The position numbers were made by a program, and so were the translations under genes. A stretch of DNA of 64,000 nucleotides. Source: Nitrospinota bacterium (lineage in GTDB: Bacteria > Nitrospinota_A > UBA7883). Under the pieces are notes generated by a model. It had not been told where the DNA came from and did not search any database. It saw nothing but the letters and a program-made list of their open reading frames with translations. The DNA is taken from contig JAOUMU010000001.1 of the NCBI GenBank assembly GCA_029881335.1, forward strand, positions 35,172-99,171. The letters are read 5' to 3'. Of this stretch, positions 18,390-26,645 are shown one piece after another (position 1 is the stretch's first letter; the number at the start of each line of letters is the position of its first letter).

Positions 18390-19958
18390 TCAGTCTTCTT
18401 TTCTTCCCACCACAGAGAAGATAAACTGCCCTGCGACCAGCAGGACGAAGACCATCAAAGGAACCATTACCACGGCGGAGCCGGTCTCCGGCTTGAGCAG
18501 AAGCCAGCGCCAGGTGGTCAAGGTGTGCTTGGAGCCGATTTCGCCATTGGAACCGTCCCAATTGGCGAATGCGATGGGAATATACTTGCCCGCCGCGAAC
18601 TGGGTGTCCTTATCCTTGGCGTCGGTGACCAGGTTTCTCCTCATCATCACCTTCCATGTGCCGTCCTTGTACGAGCCAGTGGAAACAAAGCCCGCCGCCG
18701 CCGCGTCCGAAACGTCCTTCTTGCCGGAGCCGATGGTGGAGAACATGCTGCCCGATTGTCCCTTTTCCACATCGCCGCTGTTCCAATACATCATGCTCAC
18801 CGGCCTGGAAGCGTCTCCATGACCGAAATAAGGCTTGCCGGACGCCAGATTGTCCAAATCCAGCGGAGTCTGAATGGCCACGCCATCTGAGCCAAGTGCG
18901 CCCCAAGCCAGCATGGCGGAGGTTGGATCCCCTTTCACGCTCCTTGTCCTGTCGTCCCACTCCAGCAGAAAAGCCACTTCCTTATCGGTAAATGTCGACT
19001 TCACCAGGATGCCGTTGTTGGATGGATCGTAAATCCTCTCATCCTGGATTATCTGAGGCACCAGGAAAAAAGTAGTCCCTTCAGCAATGTCCCAGGCCGG
19101 ATCATTCTCATCCGTGGGCAAAGTCTCCCGGTAGACCCCTTTAACCACGATCTCGCCCTCTTTGACCTCCATGCGGGAATCCGCCAGCGACATCACGTAG
19201 TTGACAACATGCCAGCGATCCTCCACCGAAAGCTTCCCCGCGCCGGTCTTCTCCGCCGCATGGGCCGGCATCGGCGTATTCGGGATACCTGAGGTGATTC
19301 TGGCATAGATATCCTTCGGATCATTTCCACCACGGAAGGTCCAGGGCTGGGTCAGGTTCCGCGGCCACAGTTTGGCGCCGCTCTCCTCTTTCAGCTTCTT
19401 GATAGTGTTCCCCTTGCCACCCTCGCCATGACACTCAAAGCACTTGGCGTCCTTGAACAGCTGCTTGCCTTTGGCGATACTGTCAGGAGAGCTGGGCGCG
19501 GGAGAAGGGTAGGCCATCTCCGGAGGATTTTCCATATCCTCAAACATATCGGTCAGGCTCTTTATATAGGCCACCAGATCCCACCGTTGTTTCTCATCCA
19601 AAACCTTGCTCCACGCCGGCATGCTGGTGCCTGGCATCCCGTCGGAGATCATTCTGAAGAGATCCTCGTCTCTGGGCAGATCCGAATCAGGAGCGCTGGA
19701 CCTGTATTTATATACGCCGTCCGCGAAATTGCGCGGAGGTGGTATCATAAAATCGGCTCCGGGCCCATCGGCCTCTCCCTCTTTCCCATGACACCACCAG
19801 CACTTTTTCATGTAAACGGTCTCGCCGTTTTTCACGTCACCTGCAGCGGCAATTGCCGGACCCGTGAGGGCCGCGAAATACACAGCCAAGGCCACTGCGG
19901 CTGCAACCGTCATTATTCCTTTTGTTGAACGCATCGCTATCCCTTGCCTATAAATCAA
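18390..19958 (-). CDS. dihaem cytochrome c fused to an approximately 260-aa Cys-free domain, with a C-terminal membrane anchor
   Basis: Signal peptide. CWWCHGKEGEADG and CFECHGEGGKGN, each followed by a MPxxxMP-type ligand region. Then a large domain without Cys or His motifs. The protein ends in a hydrophobic helix (VVMVPLMVFVLLVAGQFIF). It overlaps the upstream gene by 4 nt. Confidence 0.65.
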   Translation of the reverse strand: MIYRQGIAMRSTKGIMTVAAAVALAVYFAALTGPAIAAAGDVKNGETVYMKKCWWCHGKEGEADGPGADFMIPPPRNFADGVYKYRSSAPDSDLPRDEDLFRMISDGMPGTSMPAWSKVLDEKQRWDLVAYIKSLTDMFEDMENPPEMAYPSPAPSSPDSIAKGKQLFKDAKCFECHGEGGKGNTIKKLKEESGAKLWPRNLTQPWTFRGGNDPKDIYARITSGIPNTPMPAHAAEKTGAGKLSVEDRWHVVNYVMSLADSRMEVKEGEIVVKGVYRETLPTDENDPAWDIAEGTTFFLVPQIIQDERIYDPSNNGILVKSTFTDKEVAFLLEWDDRTRSVKGDPTSAMLAWGALGSDGVAIQTPLDLDNLASGKPYFGHGDASRPVSMMYWNSGDVEKGQSGSMFSTIGSGKKDVSDAAAAGFVSTGSYKDGTWKVMMRRNLVTDAKDKDTQFAAGKYIPIAFANWDGSNGEIGSKHTLTTWRWLLLKPETGSAVVMVPLMVFVLLVAGQFIFSVVGRKED

Positions 19959-20725
19959 TGATGTTCCGCCATTACCCGAGGCTTATGCCCCGTGTAATCG
20001 TACAGAAAGATGATGACCTTCCAGACTTCCTCTTCACTTAGCAGATGGTGCCAAATCGGCATGGCCGATATCCAGGGAGTTCCCTCCGAAGGCAAGCCCG
20101 GACCGCCCGTGCTTATACGCCAGAAGACGAAAGACTCCGTCAACTGGGCGATGGTGCCGATATCCACAAAATTGGCCGGCATTGGGTTGAATCCTTCCGC
20201 ATAGGGGCCCTTGCCCAGCATCATGTCGCCATGGCAGAAGTAGCAGTTCTGGTAATAAACCTTACCGCCCTCTTCCGAGTGCTTGGCCAAATTCGCCGTA
20301 TCCTCGCGGAAGGGATTTTTTAAAGTCTGCAGGTTGTAGGATTTCCCCCACGCCTTTGCGGCGGATGGCGGCGCAGGATGCACCGACCGCAGTTCCACTG
20401 GCGCGTCGAAAGTGGGCTTAACGTATTGGTACGCCACGTAGGCCCCGAATAGCCCCACCACCAGTATGACTCCCATCCGGAGCCTTCCCTTCGCAGGATT
20501 GGTGTAAAGATCCATGACTGGACCGATCGAGGCGTTATAGCCCTCCTCCGAGAAAGAATTGATCAGCAACGCTCCGGCCACCATGAAGAACACATACATC
20601 TTCATGACCGAAGTGGGAACCACCGGCCAAGTCCCAGGATGCAGCACAGACCCCACCAAGGGGACTCCGAATTTAAGCAACAGGTACCCAACAAGCACCG
20701 TTATCCAAGGTTTCAGTAATTTCAT
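19955..20725 (-). CDS. membrane-anchored (3 TM) monohaem cytochrome c
   Basis: Three N-terminal hydrophobic helices, then NCYFCHGDMMLGKGP with a methionine ligand region (WISAMPIW). Confidence 0.65.
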   Translation of the reverse strand: MKLLKPWITVLVGYLLLKFGVPLVGSVLHPGTWPVVPTSVMKMYVFFMVAGALLINSFSEEGYNASIGPVMDLYTNPAKGRLRMGVILVVGLFGAYVAYQYVKPTFDAPVELRSVHPAPPSAAKAWGKSYNLQTLKNPFREDTANLAKHSEEGGKVYYQNCYFCHGDMMLGKGPYAEGFNPMPANFVDIGTIAQLTESFVFWRISTGGPGLPSEGTPWISAMPIWHHLLSEEEVWKVIIFLYDYTGHKPRVMAEHH

Positions 20726-20742
20726 CAGATAAACCTACCCCC

Positions 20743-21582
20743 TTATTTCTTGCCCGCCAGGGCGTCGACGATCATATTCATTTCCGCAACCGTCATCTTC
20801 CCCGCGTAATCGTCAGGCATCATGTCGGCATCGAACTCTTCCACAATAAAATCATTGGGCTTCAAGATCGATTCGACTATATACTTCTCCGCGGACAAAC
20901 CCTTCACTCTTTTGCCTGCCGTGGAACTCATCTTCGTCAGATCGGGGCCGATATCGCCTCCTTCTTCCACACCAGGCACTATGTGGCAGGAGAGACAGTC
21001 GAACTTGGCGAAAGCCTCCGCCGCGTTCTCCGCCACCCTGATCTCCTCTGGAGCATCATCAGCCGGCGCTCCCTCATCCCCCGTAGGCAGAGGCACTGTC
21101 ACCTCCACGCCAGCCGTATTCTGGAGAAACGCGATAACCGCGTTTATCTCCACTTCTGAAAGCCCGATGGCGCCCTTGCTGACGTCCGGCATGGGGCTAA
21201 TGGTATCGTTTGACCCCTTCTTGCCGAACCCCTCCACCACCATCGCCGAAACGTCTATCATCGATTCGCGGATATACTCCTCAATGTTCGTGGCCTTTCC
21301 CTTGTAGCGGGGATCCTTGATCCGCTCCATGGATACGGAAGCCACCGGCTCCAGAAGCGGGGCGCGACCGCCCACAGGATTGTGGCACAGGGTGCATGTC
21401 CCCTTGCCGTTGTAGATCTTCTCGCCAACGGCGATAAACTGATCCATGGTAATGTCTCCGCCCAGCTTCTCCTCCACGGGAGGCGCCTCCGGCACGATCA
21501 GCGGAAGGCCGAACGTGGTGTATCCGGCGAACCCGCAAATAACCGCCAGGCTGAAAACAACAATTTTAAGTAAAGCTTTCAT
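20743..21582 (-). CDS. dihaem cytochrome c with an N-terminal anchor or signal
   Basis: CTLCHNPVGG and CLSCHIVPGVEEGGDIGPDL. 279 aa. Confidence 0.7.
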   Translation of the reverse strand: MKALLKIVVFSLAVICGFAGYTTFGLPLIVPEAPPVEEKLGGDITMDQFIAVGEKIYNGKGTCTLCHNPVGGRAPLLEPVASVSMERIKDPRYKGKATNIEEYIRESMIDVSAMVVEGFGKKGSNDTISPMPDVSKGAIGLSEVEINAVIAFLQNTAGVEVTVPLPTGDEGAPADDAPEEIRVAENAAEAFAKFDCLSCHIVPGVEEGGDIGPDLTKMSSTAGKRVKGLSAEKYIVESILKPNDFIVEEFDADMMPDDYAGKMTVAEMNMIVDALAGKK

Positions 21583-21592
21583 CTATACCCCC

Positions 21593-23536
21593 TCAGTGCC
21601 CCGCCTCTTGCTCTTCCTTATTCTTGGCGGCCAGAATCGGCATCCAGAACATGAAGAACACGAGCGCCATGAATATCATAACTATGATGGTTACCACCCA
21701 TGCCGCGTAGGGCAGAGTGGGAGTGAACGCCTCTATAGAGTTATCGCGGAACACGGTGTACACGTGCCAGTGCTGACGGATGGCGGACCGGCAATAGCCC
21801 ATCAGCCCCATCAGCCACGTAAAGGAGACCGCAAGCATGAACAGGGCGTACTGCGCCCGGTCCGGCATATGGCCCCACCGGAACACTCCGATATCCTTGG
21901 CCCCCCTGAATTCCAGCGTCTGGAAAACAATACCCAACACACAGACCACCGCCGTGGTGCTCACCTGCGGTATCGACAGCCCGATCCGGATGTTGGCGGG
22001 AATCCAGTAGCTGTATACACCAAGAAACACAATATTGACAATGGCTGCCGTAAAGAGCGCAATCTGGATCGGCAGTCCGTTTCTGGCCCAGAAACCGTCA
22101 CCCGCAGGTCGTGAATTGCTCCGCATGAACAACTGGAAGCTTAAAAACGTGGACAATATCAGGATATTGACCGCCGTATTTTTCGCCGCCATGACTCCCA
22201 GCGGACCCAACACGGAGTGATGCGCCCCGCCGATCTGCGAAAGCTCCTTACTGTTCATGATCAGCGTATGGGGAGTGAACCACGTGAGAAACGCGATCAC
22301 GATAATGATCCCCAGCGGTTGAATGATGTAGTAGAACCTCTTGGAAGCTTCCGTGCGGCCCAAAGAGCACCAGAGGTAGTAGTTGGCCGACAGGAATATG
22401 GCCCCGATCAGCACCGCCTGCAGAATAAAGAGCCAGGCAAAGACACCACCCATCAGGGTGATACCCATCTGCTGCGAATAGTCATAAACCTCCTTGGTGA
22501 GCCAGTATCCCGCGAATGGCAACGGCAGAAGGCCGGCCATGGCGATAATGAACGAGGTGTACCCCATCCAGTCGTAGTGGGCCTTCTCCTCCGCCGAGCT
22601 GGTGGTAATAAACTTGAACGCCGCATAGGCCGCCGTCAGAGAACCACCGTAGGCGATGTTGGCTATGAACCGGTGCAGGTTCAGCGGATTCCAAAGCTTG
22701 CCATGAATCGCCGCCCAGGAGTCGCCCAGGAACTGGCCCTCCGGCCCAATCCCCGAGGGCGCCATCATGAACGAGGCCCAGGAGTTGGAAAGAACCATCA
22801 ACACCATGCCGGAGCCGTTAAGCCCCAAGCCCAGGCCCAGGTGCAACCACTTCAGACCCGGCGAGGAACTCATCTTGTCCCACCCGTAATAATAGGTGTA
22901 AACAAAGAAGCTCTCCGCGAAGAACATCAAGGCGTAAATGATCATCGTCTTGCCAAAGACAGAGGTCATGTACGCCATAAAATCCGGATAGAAGACCACC
23001 AGCAGGATCGAAAGCAAGCCTCCAAAAGAAGCCGCCAGTGAAAACCCGGTCATGGTCACCTTCATAAACTCGTGCGCCATATGGTCGTATCGCTTGTCCC
23101 CGGAGAGGACACCGATAAGCTCGATCACCCACACGAAGATGGGCACTCCCAGCACGAAGGCGGCGAAGAACAAATGAAGTTGCGCCGCAATCCAAACAGC
23201 CAGGCGGCCGTCAACCCCCGCCACCCGGGGATAGTCCTTCTCCTCCAGAGCGGGAGTGGTCATCGGCTTCCAACCCTCGTCGGCCGCCTCCTCCCCTTCC
23301 GTCGCGGCCCCTTCGGCAGGCGCCATCTCTGCGGAGGCTTCATCATGTGCAGGCTGCGCGGCCTCATTGGCCCACGCCTGCCCGGCAAAGAATCCCGCGC
23401 CATCGGACATGGGAGCCAGGCCCCCAGCCAGAACGACCATGAGGAACAGGCTCCCCACAAGCGCGAGAAACCGGCCTCCCTTGTTTTTTTCCTTCAGCCG
23501 GTCACAAACGCCGGCGCTCTTGGTCAGCTTTGACAA
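21593..23536 (-). CDS. cytochrome bd-like (CydA-related) polytopic membrane protein; first gene of the cytochrome operon
   Basis: 647 aa with about 14 predicted TM helices. The first helices resemble CydA helix 1-2 (W..AAQLHLFFAAFVLGVPIFVWV...). The CydA GRQPW signature is absent and no cydB is adjacent. Residues 40-110 are an Ala/Glu-rich extension. The call rests on topology and partial motif similarity only. Confidence 0.5.
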   Translation of the reverse strand: MSKLTKSAGVCDRLKEKNKGGRFLALVGSLFLMVVLAGGLAPMSDGAGFFAGQAWANEAAQPAHDEASAEMAPAEGAATEGEEAADEGWKPMTTPALEEKDYPRVAGVDGRLAVWIAAQLHLFFAAFVLGVPIFVWVIELIGVLSGDKRYDHMAHEFMKVTMTGFSLAASFGGLLSILLVVFYPDFMAYMTSVFGKTMIIYALMFFAESFFVYTYYYGWDKMSSSPGLKWLHLGLGLGLNGSGMVLMVLSNSWASFMMAPSGIGPEGQFLGDSWAAIHGKLWNPLNLHRFIANIAYGGSLTAAYAAFKFITTSSAEEKAHYDWMGYTSFIIAMAGLLPLPFAGYWLTKEVYDYSQQMGITLMGGVFAWLFILQAVLIGAIFLSANYYLWCSLGRTEASKRFYYIIQPLGIIIVIAFLTWFTPHTLIMNSKELSQIGGAHHSVLGPLGVMAAKNTAVNILILSTFLSFQLFMRSNSRPAGDGFWARNGLPIQIALFTAAIVNIVFLGVYSYWIPANIRIGLSIPQVSTTAVVCVLGIVFQTLEFRGAKDIGVFRWGHMPDRAQYALFMLAVSFTWLMGLMGYCRSAIRQHWHVYTVFRDNSIEAFTPTLPYAAWVVTIIVMIFMALVFFMFWMPILAAKNKEEQEAGH

Positions 23537-24294
23537 TATAGCCCCCTTTTATGTATCTGTATCGGTATCGTTTTTAATGATTGCGCCGCTATTAATGACC
23601 TTCAGGCTGGAATAACCACAGCCCCTGCCACCTTTGCGCTGTTTCGTCCAAAACATAGAAACAGACTAGAAACACACACAAAGCGATCGCGAACACAATT
23701 ACCTTCTGTCCAGTCAAAAGATTCCCCTTTGCAAATAGTTTGATATTCCATCAAGGCAGACAATGCGCCAATACCCCCGCCCCTATTAAGAGAGGTTTAT
23801 CAAGCAAAAACCATGCCCCGAAAAACCATCATCGCGCCATACCCCGTAATTACAACAGGTTGCGTTAATCCCTCAACCACTAATCCTCGATATAAGGCGA
23901 TTTGCCTAGCCTTGGCAGCCGATTTTGCCAGTTACGTTGCATTCGGATAACAAAACATCATAACGCTTTGTTGAATTCCGATCACAATATGGATTCATGG
24001 TTCCATCTCCTCCGTGAAACCATACTCCTTGAGCGTCCCGATATACAAAACCGCCGAACTTCCCCGAATCCCCAAAGGCTCCAAACATAATACTAGAAAA
24101 TATATGCAAACAAAAGGACTTTCCAGGCCTCCATGCCAAAAATCGAAAGCATTTCTCATTTAGGCGTATACATTTCGTGCAATTCGCGCCGAATCATGTA
24201 AGGTTTCATGTTGACAAACTATTCAAAAAGTTGCATTTTAATAAAACGTTAGTGGTTCCATTCTCAAACTCATTTAACCTATTTGGAGATACCT

Positions 24295-24393
24295 GTGAAG
24301 AATTTTACCTTTCTTGACTGGTTTATTCATTTCGCCATAGGAATAAACCTTTTTGTTTGCGCATTTATCGTATGGTTTGTGATGATGCGATGA
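24295..24393 (+). CDS. possible small hydrophobic peptide ORF (32 aa) in the long intergenic region
   Basis: GTG start preceded by GGAGA 7 nt upstream. It encodes VKNFTFLDWFIHFAIGINLFVCAFIVWFVMMR, a single TM-like helix. A TTGACA -35-like hexamer lies about 80 nt upstream. There is no homology evidence. Confidence 0.2.
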   Translation: MKNFTFLDWFIHFAIGINLFVCAFIVWFVMMR

Positions 24394-24501
24394 CCTGTTA
24401 ATGGAAAGCACTCAAGATTTGCGCCTTTCCCCTCCCGGGCGACATGGCGCCGATACAGCGGATAGCGCAACACTATAGTATACGGAGCGGTAAATAACGG
24501 C

Positions 24502-25968
<1,467 letters not shown>

Positions 25969-25980
<12 letters not shown>

Positions 25981-26645
25981 AAGAGCTTTCCCTGCTGGTG
26001 CAGCATGGCGAGAACGTCCAGGCCGTTTCCTGCGCCGAGAAACTTTTGGCCCAGTCGTGCCCCATGGAAGATATCGTAAAGGCTCTCTCCGATGGCCTGG
26101 AAGTTCTCCGCAACAAGTGCACCATAGAAAACTTTCAGTTGCTCGACGTTTTACTTGCCACCAGGGCCATGGTGGAGGTGGTGGATGAATGCCTGGCCAG
26201 AAAGCTCCAGAACGAATTGGACAATCTGGCCACCACCCACGAAGCCACCCAAAGCGCAGAGCCGACCAGGACTTTGGTCATCGGCACTATCCAGGGGGAT
26301 ATCCACGATCTTGGAAAGCATATTGTGGCCACCTTGTGCAGATTCAAAAACTTGCGGGTAATAAATCTGGGCAAGGATGTTTCCGTGGAGCAGTTCGTGG
26401 ACACAGCCATCGCCGAGAATGCCGATTTCATTGGCGTCTCCAGCCTTATGACAGTCTGCCTCTCCAGGATAAGCGAGATAAAAAATGAGCTGGCGCGGCG
26501 GGGACGAAACGAGATTACGGTCGTGGCAGGGGGTGGCGCCGCCCAACAAAGCTCGCCTGACAGGCTCAATGTCGATTATGTCGCACACGACGCTTTCGAC
26601 GGGCTCGATTATTTTCTCAGCGACATCCTTCCAGTTAAAAGTTGA
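25969..26645 (+). CDS. cobalamin-binding corrinoid protein (MtaC/MtbC-type: helical cap plus Rossmann B12-binding domain)
   Basis: DxHxxG motif (GDIHDLGKHIV), SxL (SSLMT) and GG (VVAGGGA). The ATG at 25969 overlaps the last codons of the regulator. The longer track ORF from 25767 is rejected because it lies inside the regulator gene. Confidence 0.75.

Noticed and set aside
21593-23536. Possibility that the 14-TM protein is an NrfD/PsrC-type quinol subunit of an Alternative Complex III
   Set aside because: ACIII needs an ActB (large Mo/FeS-type subunit) and a pentahaem ActA, neither of which is present. The protein is also longer (about 14 TM) than NrfD-like subunits (8-10 TM). The helix-1 pattern is more CydA-like. 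A weak bd-like call is kept.
23908-23926. TTGGCAG-CCGAT-TTTGCC sigma54-like site on the plus strand in the long intergenic region
   Set aside because: GG to GC spacing is one nucleotide too long for a functional -24/-12 promoter. It is also more than 570 bp from the next plus-strand gene.
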